In this document: piece by piece, positions 42,208-52,852 of the stretch
How positions within the stretch are numbered: position 1 is the stretch's first letter
How the letters are laid out: the number at the start of each line of letters is the position of its first letter
DNA from: an uncultured Gemmatimonadales bacterium
GTDB taxonomy: Bacteria > Gemmatimonadota > Gemmatimonadetes > Gemmatimonadales > GWC2-71-9
Direction of reading: 5' to 3'
Assembly: GCA_963730185.1 (NCBI GenBank)
Contig: CAVSQW010000015.1
Span: 480,001-544,000 of the forward strand
Length of the DNA: 64,000 nucleotides
The notes under the pieces: model-generated
What the model was told of the DNA's origin: nothing
Database searches by the model: none
Seen by the model: only the letters and a program-made list of their open reading frames with translations
Translations under genes and position numbers: made by a program

Positions 42208-45200
42208 TCAGGTCGGGCCGGCGTCGAGCACCTCCCGGATCTTCCGGGCCAGCAGGGCTCCGGTGTAGGGCTTGGCCAGGAACGGCAGGGAGTGGTCGGC
42301 GATGCCCTGCATCACCAGGGTGCTCTCGGTGTATCCCGAGACGAACAGCACCTTGAGCGAGGGCTGGCGCTGGCGGAGCACCGTCCAGAGCTGGGGCCCC
42401 CCATCTCCGGCATCACCACGTCCGTCAGGAGGAGATCGGGAGCTCGGCCCAGGCTGGCGTGGACCTCGAGCGCGTGGCGGCCGTTGCTGGCCTCGACGAC
42501 CAGATAGCCCGCCTGGCGGAGGATCCGGGAAGAGAGAGTCCGGACCTGGGTCTCGTCTTCCACGAGGAGGACGGTCTCCGAGCCCCGCTCCGGGGTCGTG
42601 GTCGGGGTTGGGCGGGCCGGTTCAACGCTGGGCTCGTCCACCCGGGGAAAGGCCACGACGAACGTGCTCCCCGACTCCGGCTCCGACTCGACCGTGACCA
42701 CGCCGCCGGCCTGGCGGATCATCCCGTAACAGGTCGAGAGCCCGAGGCCGGTGCCGTGGCCCGGCGCCTTGGTGGTGAAGAACGGCTCGAAGATCCGGGA
42801 GGCGATCCCGGGCGCCATCCCGTGACCGGTGTCGGCCACGGTCAGCAGCACGCAGGGGCCGGTGATCCGCTCGCCACCTGGGCCGACGCCGTCCCATCGT
42901 TCGGCGCTGGCCGTGGTGATGGTGAGCCGTCCGCCGCCGGTCATCGCGTCACGGGCGTTGACCGCCAGATTCATCAGCACCTGCTCGAGCTGGGCCGGAT
43001 CGGCCCGGATGATCGGGACCTGATCGGCAAGAACGGTGACCAGCTCGATGTCGGCGCCGATCAGGCGCCGGAGCATCCGGTCGACGTCGGTCACCAACCG
43101 GTTCAGGTCGACCGGCCGGGTCTCCACCACTTGCCGCCGGGCGAAGGTCAGGAGCTGGCTGGTCAGGGTCCGAGCCCGCTCGGCCGCCCGGGTGATCTCG
43201 TCGAGGTCACCTCGGGTCGCTTCGTCGGGGCCGGCCGTCTGACGGGCCAGCTCGGCGTAGCCGATGATGGCGGTGAGGATGTTGTTGAAGTCGTGGGCGA
43301 CGCCGCCGGCCAACCGACCCACCGTTTCCATCTTCTGGGCCTGGACCAGCTGGGCTTCGAGATGGCGCTGTTCCGAGACGTCCTGGCCGATCAGCAGCAC
43401 GGTCTCGGGGCGGCCGTCGGCCGACCGGGTGAAGACCGCACTCCGGACCGCGACGGTGCGGGCGGCCCGCGAGGCCGACCGGAGCTGGAGCTCGCCCTCC
43501 ACGATCTCGCCATCGGCCGCCCGCTGGAGCCGGTCCAGGTACTCGGCCGCCGAGGTCCGCTCCGATCCGTCGACCAAGGCCTCCCAGGTGAGCCCTCCGA
43601 CCAGCTCGTCGGGCGGGTAACCCAGCAGCCGCTCCACCTCCCGATTGGCGTAGATCAGCCGACCCGAGGCCAGCTCGAACTGGAGCAGGACCGAGGGGAC
43701 CGAGTCGGCGATCCGCTGGACCGCGAGTCGACTCTCCTCGAGCGCCCGCTCGGTTCGCCGGCGCTCCTCGACGTCGGCCGCCAGCGCCCGATTGAGCCGC
43801 TCCAGCTCCGCGTGGTGGAGACGGAGCCGGCGGAGGTAGGCGATCGCCAGACCCACGACCGCCGCCCCACCGAGGAGGATCGCGATCACCACCGGGGCAC
43901 GGCGATACCAGGGCGATGGCACCGAGAAGGTGGCGGCCGCGGGATGGGCGCCGATCTGGCCGAACAGGCCCTTGCCCTCGACCTCGACCCGGTGGGCCCC
44001 GGGCGAAAGCCGGAAGAGCGAGATCTGCCGGGTCAACGACCAGCCGGACCAGTCGCCCCCATCGAGCCGATACCGGGTCTCGATCCGGTCGGTCGGCGTG
44101 GTGCCCCAATAGGCCAGCGGGGTCCAGCGAAGAAGGACCTCGTCCGGGTAGGGGAGTGGCGTCGCGACGTCGACGGCGGGAGCGGGGAACGACGCCTCCG
44201 CGAGGTCGAGTTGGAAGAGACCCTCACCCCCGGCCAACACCCGATCCCGAAGAGGGAGGAGGGGCCAGAGCCTGGGGTTGTCGAGTCCGGAGCTCCGGTC
44301 GAAGAAGGAGACGGTGTCGCCCCGGAGCTGCCCCAACCCGGCGTGCGTGGTGAACCAGACGCTCCCGTCGGGGCCGATCCGGACCTCGCTCACCTCGTTG
44401 GCCGGCCGGTCCTCACCGAGGTCGACCCGCTCGATCCGGCCCGACGGGGTCAGGTGCCCCAGGCCCAAGCCGTAGAACCGATGGCAGAACCAGACCCCGC
44501 CGCTGCTGTCCACGGCGACGGAGTAGATCCGGGCGCCGACGCCCGCCGGGGTCGCCGGCCAATGAGTCCACTGACCGTCCTGAAGGCGCGACAGCCCCGC
44601 GTCGGTGCCGAACCAGAGCGCGCCGTCGGGGCCCTCCGCCAGGTCGTACACCCGCCCCCCACCCAGCTGGTCCGGCCCGATCCGGGCAAACCGGCGGCCG
44701 TCCCAGCGGAACGCGCCGGGTCCACCGGCCGCCGTGCTGTCGAGTCCGAGGAACCAGACCGACCCGCCTCTGGTGGTCACGATCCGATGGATCCGGGGCG
44801 CGTCGAGTCCGTCGGCCGGGCCGTAGTGGCGCCAGCTGCGGCCGTCGAATCGGAACGCCCCGACGAAGGTCGCTCCACTTCCCACCCAGATGCCGCCGGC
44901 GGTGTCCTGGGCCAGGGCGGTCACGGCGCCGAGCGGCTGGTCGGCGATGCTGGTGGCCTCGATCGGACGGCCCGCAGCCAGCTGCCGCACCAGTCCCCGT
45001 TCGGTGCCCAACCAGAGCTCGCCCGACCGGGCTCGGAGGATGGTGTTGACGAACCCGGTGAACTCGTCCCGCCCCGGGATTCGATAGTGGGTCCAGCGGC
45101 GGCCCGATGCCCGGAAGAGGAAGAGCCCACGAGGACCGATCGCCCAGTAGTCGCCGTTGTCGCGATGGACGATCTGCCGACTCCACTCGAGCGGTTCCGG

Positions 45201-46115
45201 CATCGGGTCGAGCCAGCGCCAGCTGCCGGCGTGTCGGACCGCCGCCCGGCCCTCCCAGAACACGATCAGCGCCTCGCCGGAGGGCGCGAGCGAGAGGGCG
45301 GAAATGGCCATTCCCGGCAGGCTCAGGGCCTCGGGCCGGCCACCGGGCCGCCACTGGTAGAGCTCGGAACCACTCGACCCCGTGCTCAGAATGCCGCCCG
45401 CCTCGGTTTCGCGGAAGATCGACGTGGGGCGGTCGAACCAGCGGGACCATCCGTCGTCACCGCGGAGCCAGACCCCCTCCGGGGTGATCAGCCACAGGTG
45501 GCCGGGTCGGGTTCGGAGCAGCCGCGTGGCCGACAGGGCCAGCAGCCGGGCGAGCGCGGGGGGCACCAGCTCGGCATCCGTCCCTCCGGAGACCGGATCC
45601 AGCCGATAGAGGGTGGAGTCGGCCAGCACGAGGAGCGTGGTCGAGTCGATCGGGGCCAGCCAGCGGGTGTGCCCCTGGGCAGCGGGTCCCGCCATCGGAA
45701 CCGTCGTCATCCCGGTTCGGGCGAGGTGGACCGGGCGGCTGTTGACGACGGCCCAGGCCCCGCCGTGCCCGTCCGGGACCAGCCGTCGTGGTCCGGTGCC
45801 CGGGCCGAGCTCCGGGGCGACGCGATGCCACCGATAGCCGTCGAACCAGCCGACGCCCAGGTCGGTCGCCACCCAGGTGGTGCCATTCGATTCGAGCACT
45901 TCGATCAGGCGCCCCGAGGGAATCCCCGTCTCGGGGCCGAAGCGCACCCAACGCCACTCCTGGCCTTCCGCGGGGATGGCGGCTGCCGCCGGCGCCTGGC
46001 CGCTGGCCGGCCGGCCCACCAGCGCGAGGGCGAACACCGCCCCGCCCACCCTGATCAGGCGGCAAATCGATCGGAGAGCGCCGGGCAGTTGAGAGGCCGG
46101 CGGGCAAGGGACCAT
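42208..46115 (-). CDS. Hybrid sensor histidine kinase (beta-propeller + Y_Y_Y-like periplasmic sensor, TM, PAS, HisKA, HATPase, receiver); frameshift near 42395
   Basis: Repeated GxxWxGT propeller motifs, YRYRL-type [45 protein letters not shown]; the shifted frame continues VLFVSGY..FLAKPY to the stop at 42208. Confidence 0.9.
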
Positions 46116-46237
46116 GATCTCGGGGCGGGTGGAAGCATGTCAAACCTACACCTGAATCCCTGACCTTCGCAGAATCTGGAACCCGGCTCCGATGATTCGG
46201 GTTGTCGGCCGGACCCGCGAGGAGGACAGCTTGGGGC

Positions 46238-46648
46238 ATGCGATCGCCGAACGTGCACCTTCCGTTGGCCGAATGGCGGGACCCGCGTCACCGCCTGGGT
46301 CTCGCCGGCGAGGTCGCCGCGGCCCGGTTTCTCGAGGCGGCGGGGTTCGTGATCGAGGCCCATCGGTTCCGGATGGGCCACCACGACCTCGATCTGGTCG
46401 CCAGGCACGGAACCCTGGTCGCGTTCGTGGAAGTGAAGACCCGGCGCACCACGGCCTTCGGTCATCCAGCGGGCTCGATCGGGTGGCGGCGTCGGCGAGA
46501 TCTGGCCCGGTTGGCCACGCTCTGGGTGATGCGGCACGGTCGGGCGGGGGATCGATATCGTTTCGACGTGGTGATGGTGCAATGGGAGGGGCCTGGTTTT
46601 CCACACGTTTCCCACATTGCGGATGCGTGGAGGGTGGTTGAAAAGTGA
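46238..46648 (+). CDS. yraN: YraN family (UPF0102) PD-(D/E)XK nuclease
   Basis: GLAGEVAAARFL, DLDLVA, FVEVKTR, YRFDVV. Confidence 0.88.
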   Translation: MRSPNVHLPLAEWRDPRHRLGLAGEVAAARFLEAAGFVIEAHRFRMGHHDLDLVARHGTLVAFVEVKTRRTTAFGHPAGSIGWRRRRDLARLATLWVMRHGRAGDRYRFDVVMVQWEGPGFPHVSHIADAWRVVEK

Positions 46649-46663
46649 AAAAGTGCCCCCTTG

Positions 46664-46689
46664 TTTCGGCGAATGTTCGGCAATAGATT
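46664..46689 (+). promoter_or_regulatory. Candidate operator TTTCGGCGAATGTTCGG next to -10-like TAGATT upstream of recA
   Basis: Reverse complement CCGAACATTCGCCGAAA matches the uvrB upstream site at 13/17. Confidence 0.5.
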
Positions 46690-46795
46690 TGGTGCAGGTA
46701 TTCCAGTGAAGCGAAATAGGCCACTTTCTGACAGGTCGATCCGGTCTCGCAACCGAGCCGACAAGCCATCCCAACCGTCTCATCGAGGTCAACCA

Positions 46796-47848
46796 ATGCC
46801 TGTTCAGGAAGCTCGGCAGGACGCCGATCGCAAGAAGGCCCTCAACCTGGCCATCGCCCAGATCGAGAAGCAGCTGGGAAAGGGCTCGATCATGCGGATG
46901 GGGACGGATGTGCCGAAGGAGCGGATCGCCGTGATCCCGACGGGTGCCATCAACCTCGATGCCGCCGTCGGGGTCGGTGGGGTGCCCCGGGGGCGGATCA
47001 CCGAGATCTACGGGCCGGAGTCGTCGGGCAAGACGACGCTCTGTCTCCATCTGGCGGCCAACGTCCAGCGGGCCGGTGGGGTGGCGGCCTACGTGGACGC
47101 GGAGCACGCGCTCGACGTGGAGTATGCCCGTCGGCTCGGCGTCGACGTCGACAACCTGCTCGTGTCCCAGCCGGACACGGGCGAGCAGGCCCTCGAGATC
47201 GTCGAAATTCTGGTCCGGTCCGGGGCGGTGGACCTGGTGATCATCGATTCGGTGGCGGCCCTGGTGCCGAAGGCCGAAATCGAAGGCGAGATGGGCGACA
47301 GCCACGTTGGGCTCCAGGCCCGGCTCATGAGCCAGGCGCTCCGGAAGCTGGCCGGGGCGATCAACCGGTCGCACACCTCGGTCGTGTTCATCAACCAGCT
47401 TCGGGAGAAGATCGGCGTCATGTTCGGGAATCCCGAGACGACCACCGGCGGCAAGGCGCTGAAGTTCTACGCCTCGCTTCGGCTCGACATCCGGCGGATC
47501 GGACCGGTCAAGGAGCGCGAGAACGTGATCGGCAACCGGGTGCGGGTGAAGGTGGTGAAGAACAAGGTGGCGCCGCCGTTCAAGCAGGCCGAGTTCGACG
47601 TGTTGTTCGACGAGGGGATCAGTCATGCCGGCCTGCTGGTGGATCTGGCCAGCGAGGCCAACATCATCCAGAAGTCGGGCGCCTGGTATTCCTACGGCGA
47701 CCAGCGGGTCGGGCAGGGTCGGGAGAATGCCAAGCTGTTCCTCAAGGACAACCCCGAGCTGCTCGCCGACGTGGAGCTGAAGGTCAAGGAGTGGCTGGGC
47801 CTCCGGCCAGCGGAGGTCGAGGCCGAGGATGAAGGCGCCGCCAAGTAG
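46796..47848 (+). CDS. recA: Recombinase RecA
   Basis: [52 protein letters not shown]. Confidence 0.99.
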   Translation: MPVQEARQDADRKKALNLAIAQIEKQLGKGSIMRMGTDVPKERIAVIPTGAINLDAAVGVGGVPRGRITEIYGPESSGKTTLCLHLAANVQRAGGVAAYVDAEHALDVEYARRLGVDVDNLLVSQPDTGEQALEIVEILVRSGAVDLVIIDSVAALVPKAEIEGEMGDSHVGLQARLMSQALRKLAGAINRSHTSVVFINQLREKIGVMFGNPETTTGGKALKFYASLRLDIRRIGPVKERENVIGNRVRVKVVKNKVAPPFKQAEFDVLFDEGISHAGLLVDLASEANIIQKSGAWYSYGDQRVGQGRENAKLFLKDNPELLADVELKVKEWLGLRPAEVEAEDEGAAK

Positions 47849-48465
47849 TCCGGTCGAGCGGATCGTCGCCGATTCGCGGATCGAGGGGGCCGTCCGGCTG
47901 GTCATCGAAGGCCGGACGGCGCTCACGGTGCCGATCGAGACCGCCCAGGCGGAAGGGGTCGTCGTCGGGACGGTTCTGGAAGAGGCCTCGTTCGCTCGGC
48001 TCTGCGAGGCCGCGGACCGGGCGGCCGCCTTCCGGACGGCGCTCCGGCTGCTCGAACGGAGGCCGTTCGCCCGGCGCGACCTCGGGCGTCGGCTTCGCCT
48101 CAAGGGACACCTCCCGGCCGCGGTGGACACCGCGCTGGAGCGAGCTGAGCGGGCCGGGCTTCTGGACGACGAGCGGTTCGCCCGGCACTTCGTTCAGACC
48201 CGGACCGCCCGGGGACGCGGGCCGGCCCGCCTCCGGCGGGAGCTGATCATGCAGGGCGTTCCCGACGCCGTGGTCGACCGGGTGCTGGCCGAGGAGGTGT
48301 CCGAGGACGCCAGCCGGGCGGCCATGGAGGCCCTGGCCCGGAAGCGGGCCCAGCCAGCTCCGGGGGCTGGACCGGGAGGTGCGGGTCCGGCGGGTGGTCG
48401 CCTACCTGGCCCGCCGGGGCTATGCCGGGTCGGACGTTCGGCGGGTTGTCCGGGAGGTGGCGTAG
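47829..48465 (+). CDS. recX: Regulatory protein RecX; frameshift near 48352-48360
   Basis: [29 protein letters not shown]; the shifted frame ends [17 protein letters not shown]; follows recA. Confidence 0.85.
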
Positions 48466-48474
48466 CGGAGCGAT

Positions 48475-48579
48475 TGGGGGGATGGGGGGAGACGGGTAAA
48501 GAAGCTGTCCCTCCCCGTCCCTCCCCATCCCTCCCCATCCCTCCCCATCCCTCCCCGTCCCCCGCCCCCCATCCCCCCA
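48475..48579. repeat. 15-bp perfect inverted repeat enclosing five RTCCCTCCCC decamers
   Basis: TGGGGGGATGGGGGG (48475-48489) / CCCCCCATCCCCCCA (48565-48579); decamers 48507-48556. Confidence 0.88.
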
Positions 48580-48591
48580 TATATTGCCCCC

Positions 48592-51229
48592 ATGCAAGCC
48601 AGTACGATTCGCCGCCTCTTCCTGGACTACTTTCGGGACCGGGAGCACCGCGAGGTGCCCAGCTCCTCGCTGGTGCCCGCCGACGATCCGACCCTGCTCT
48701 TCACCAACGCCGGGATGGTGCAGTTCAAGCGCACCTTCCTGGGGCAGGAGCCGCGCGACTATCTCCGGGCGGTCACCTGTCAGAAGTGCGTCCGCGCGGG
48801 CGGCAAGCACAACGACCTCGAGCAGGTGGGCCTGACCAAGCGGCACCACACCTTCTTCGAGATGCTCGGCAACTTCTCCTTCGGCGACTACTTCAAGCGC
48901 GACGCGATCGCGCTTCGCCTGGGAGTTCGTCACCGTCGCCGAGCTACCTCGGGCTCCCTCCCGATCGGCTCTGGGTCACGGTGCACCACACCGACGACGA
49001 GGCCCGGTCGCTCTGGCGGGAGATTTCCGGGCTGCCGGCCACGGCCGATCTTCGGTCTGGGCGACAAGGACAACTTCTGGCAGATGGGCGACACCGGGCC
49101 GTGCGGGCCCTGCTCGGAGATCTACGTCGACCTCGAGTGGAAGCCGGGGCACCAGCCGGCGGCGTGTACACCCAGGCGGAGTTCGAGGAGCTGGCCGAGT
49201 CGGGCCGGTTCCTCGAGATCTGGAATCTGGTCTTCATGCAGTTCGACCGCTCGGCCGACGGGACGCTGACCCCGCTGCCCAAGCCGTCGGTCGACACCGG
49301 CGCCGGGCTGGAGCGGATCGCGTCGGTGCTCCAGGGCGCTGACGACAACTTTCACACCGATCTGTTCGTCCCGATTCTCGATGGGGTCGGGCGAGCTGGT
49401 GGGGACGCCCTATCCGGCGGCATGGCGGGGCCGGGCGCCTCGTACCGGGTGCTGGCCGACCACGCCCGGGCGGTGACCTTCCTGCTCGCCGACGGGGTCT
49501 ATCCGAGCAACGAGGGCCGGGGGTACGTGCTCCGCCGGATTCTCCGCCGGGCGGTTCGGCACGGGTGGCTCCTCGGCCGCCGCGAGGCGACGCTGGCGCC
49601 CGCTGACGCGGGTGGTGATCGAGCTGCTCGGCGGCGTCTATCCCGAGATCGCGGCCAAGGCCGACTTCATCGAGACCGTCACCGACCCAGGAGGAGGTCC
49701 GGTTCCTCGAGACCATCGAGGGCGGGCTCAAGCGGCTGGACGAGCTCTTCGGGGCCGGCGCGAGTTCGATCAGCGGCGACGAGGCCTTCCGTCTCTACGA
49801 CACCTTCGGCTTTCCGATCGACCTGACTCAGCTGATCGCGGCCGAGCGCAACGTGACGGTGGACCTCGAGGGGTTCGAGCCGAGCCCTCGAGGCGCAGCG
49901 CGAGCGCTCCCGGAGCGCTCAGGCCGTCTCCCGCGACGACCCCGGCCGCCGCCGGGGACGACGAAGACGGGTGGCGCGGGGTCGGGAAGGGCGAGCAGCG
50001 GTTCGTCGGGTACGAGCGGACCGAGGCGGATACCGAGATCCTGGCCTACCGGACCACCGGCGACCGGGTGGATCTGGTGCTCCGCGAGAACCCGTTCTAC
50101 GTGGAGTCGGGCGGCCAGGTCGGCGACACCGGGTTGGTCACGGGCGAGGGGTGGACTCTCGCCGTCGAGGGCGTGCGGAAGAGCCCCCGGGGGTCGGTGC
50201 TCACCGGCCGCTGGACGGCCGACCGGCCCTTCGAGCCCACCCGGGTCAAGGCCGCGGTGGATCGCGACCGGCGCCGGAACATCGAGCGGAATCACAGCGC
50301 GACCCATCTGGTGCACTGGGCGCTCCGCCAGCGGCTCGGCGATCACGTGCGCCAGCAGGGCTCGCTGGTCGAGGCGGACCGGCTCCGGTTCGACTTCAGC
50401 CACCACGGTCCGATCGACCCGGGGGAGCTGGAGGCGATCGAGCGCGACGTGAACGAGCAGGTCTGGGCCAACGCTGCCGGTGGAGATTCGGGAGATGGCT
50501 TACCCCGACGCGCTCGCGCTCGGGGCGATGGCCTTCTTCGCCGACAAGTACGGCGACCGGGTCAGGGTCGTGACGATGGGACCGAGCATCGAGCTGTGCG
50601 GAGGCACCCACGTGGGGTCGACCGGCGCGCTGGGGCTGCTGCGGGTTGCCGGCCAGGGCGGGGTGGCGGCCGGGGTCCGGCGGATCGAGGCCGTGACCGG
50701 ACCGGGAGCGTACCAGGCCGTGTCGGCGATCGACCAGCGGCTGACGGAGGCGGCCACCCGGCTCAAGTCGCAGCCCGAGCATCTGGCCCGGCGGATCGAT
50801 CAGCTCCTGGAGGAACGGGCCCGGCTCGAGGAACGCCTGGCCGAGGCGCGAAAGCGCGGCGCCCTCGATGACGCCGCGGGCCGGGAGACCCTGTCGGTGG
50901 ATGGGATCGCGCTCAGCCTGGGCGACACCGATCTCGAGGACCGGAACGAGGTGGCCGAGAACGCCGACCGGTTCCGGAGCGGACGGCAGGCTGGCGTGCT
51001 GGTGCTGTTCGCGGGCGGTGGGCGGGGCGCGATTCACGTGGCCGTGACCGACGACCTGGTCAAACGGGGGAAGAAGGCGGGCGATCTGGTGAACCGGATT
51101 GCCGCCGTGAGCGGTGGCAAGGGCGGTGGGCGGCCCGCCTTCGCCTCGGCCAGCGCCGGCGATCCGACCAAGCTGGGCGCGGCCCGCGAGGCCACGCCCG
51201 GCATCGTGGCGGAATGGCTGACCAGCTGA
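48592..51229 (+). CDS. alaS: Alanine-tRNA ligase; about ten apparent frameshifts (probable sequencing errors)
   Basis: [83 protein letters not shown], in colinear order across alternating frames. Confidence 0.93.
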
Positions 51230-51525
51230 CCGGGGCCTGGCTCGAAGCGCGGTTGGAGGACGGCCCCGAGGTGCTGTCCCGGCGGACCCGCGAGTTCATC
51301 GCGGCCGAGCCGAAGGGCGACGACCTGTCGAGCCGGCTGGCGCGGGCGGCGCGCCGGGCCCTGGCCCGGGCGGTGGCCCACCCCGCCGACCGGGACTCGG
51401 CCCTCGACCTGTTGGCCGCCGACGCCCTGGTGACGCTGGCGTTGGCCGCTCGGGTGGAGAGCGAGCCCGAGGGGCTGGCCGCCTTCGCCGCCGCCATCCG
51501 CCGGGCCGAGGAGGGGAGTGCGTGA
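51214..51525 (+). CDS. Hypothetical protein
   Basis: 103-aa ORF overlapping both neighbours; motif RDSALDLLAADALVT. Confidence 0.65.
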   Translation: MADQLTGAWLEARLEDGPEVLSRRTREFIAAEPKGDDLSSRLARAARRALARAVAHPADRDSALDLLAADALVTLALAARVESEPEGLAAFAAAIRRAEEGSA

Positions 51526-52286
51526 TCGATCTCCACTCGCATCTCCTGCCCGGCGTCGACGACGGCTCGCGATCGCTCGACCAGTCGGTCGCCGTTCTGG
51601 AGCGGATGGCCGCCGGCGGAGTGACCGAGATCTGTCTGACGCCGCACCTCCTGTCCAGCAAGGTGAGCGAGGGTCCGCCGCCGGCTCACGACGAAGCCTT
51701 CGCCGCGCTCAGTGCGGTCGCGCCGCGCTCGATCCGTCTCCGTCGGGGTGCCGAGGTGATGCTCGACAAGGTCCTCACCACCCGGGCGGCGCTCGCTCGC
51801 CGGATCACGCTCGGTGGGGGGCGGCACGTGCTGGTGGAATTTCCCCGGATGGTGGCGCCTCCGGCGGCGACCGCGGCCCTCGGCGGGGTGATCGAGAGCG
51901 GGCTCGTCCCGCTCCTGGCCCATCCGGAACGGTATCCGGCGGTCTCGCCGGCCGTGGTGCAGCAGTGGCGGAGCATGGGGGTGTTGATGCAGGTGGACGC
52001 GACGACGCTCTTCCAGCCGACCAACCGGGGCCTCCGCGCGCGAGACCTGGTGGGACGGGGGCTGGCCGACGTCATGGCGGGCGACAATCATGGCGACGAG
52101 CGGTCGGTGATCGAGCCGTTCCGCCGGCTCGCCGGTTCGGGCGGGGAGGACGTCGCGACGCTCCTGGCGGTGACCAACCCGGCCCGGATCCTGGCCGACG
52201 AGCGAACCGAGCCGGTCGAGCCCTTCGAGGTGAAGGTGTCGCTGATCTCGCGGATGCGGAGCTGGATCGAGGGCCTCCAGCCATGA
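51522..52286 (+). CDS. CpsB/CapC family PHP protein-tyrosine phosphatase
   Basis: MIDLHSHLLPGVDDG, LTPH, LLAHPERY, GDNHG. Confidence 0.9.
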   Translation: MIDLHSHLLPGVDDGSRSLDQSVAVLERMAAGGVTEICLTPHLLSSKVSEGPPPAHDEAFAALSAVAPRSIRLRRGAEVMLDKVLTTRAALARRITLGGGRHVLVEFPRMVAPPAATAALGGVIESGLVPLLAHPERYPAVSPAVVQQWRSMGVLMQVDATTLFQPTNRGLRARDLVGRGLADVMAGDNHGDERSVIEPFRRLAGSGGEDVATLLAVTNPARILADERTEPVEPFEVKVSLISRMRSWIEGLQP

Positions 52287-52852
52287 GGCCCGAGCGGATT
52301 CGAGCCGGCCTCGCCGAGCTGGCCACGCTGGCAGGGCGGATGAGCGAGGAGGCCGAGGTGGTGGGGCGGGTGGCCGAGCGGTTCGCCGCAACGCTGCGGG
52401 CGGGCGGCACGCTGTTCTTCGCGGGGAACGGCGGCAGCGCGGCCGACGCCCAGCATCTGGCCACGGAGTACGTGGTCCGGTTCCGGCGGGCCCGGCCGGC
52501 GTTCCGGGCGGTGGCCCTCACTACCGATTCCTCCCTGCTGACGGCCGCGGCCAACGATCTCGGCTTCGATCAGGTCTTTGCCCGGCAGGTCGAGGCGCTG
52601 GTCCGGCCGGGCGACCTGCTGGTGCTCCACAGCACGAGCGGCGAGAGCGCGAACCTGATCGCCGCGGCGGAGGCCGCCCGCGCGCGGGGCGCCGAGGTGG
52701 TGGCGTTCCTCGGGCGGGGCGGCGGCCGGCTGCGGAGCCGGGCGACCGAGGTTGTGGTGGTCCCGTCGGACGACACGGCCCGGATTCAAGAGCTGCACTT
52801 GGCATTGGAACATCTCATCGTGGACGTGGTGGAGGAGGCGTTGTCGGCATGA
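52283..52852 (+). CDS. gmhA: Sedoheptulose-7-phosphate isomerase (SIS domain)
   Basis: GNGGSAADAQH, ANDLGF..VFARQVEAL, STSGES, TARIQELH. Confidence 0.92.
   Translation: MRPERIRAGLAELATLAGRMSEEAEVVGRVAERFAATLRAGGTLFFAGNGGSAADAQHLATEYVVRFRRARPAFRAVALTTDSSLLTAAANDLGFDQVFARQVEALVRPGDLLVLHSTSGESANLIAAAEAARARGAEVVAFLGRGGGRLRSRATEVVVVPSDDTARIQELHLALEHLIVDVVEEALSA

Noticed and set aside
48592..51229. alaS, ftsK and accC as true pseudogenes or programmed frameshifts
   Set aside because: These are essential genes with intact motifs, and no consistent slippery sites were seen; sequencing error is more parsimonious.
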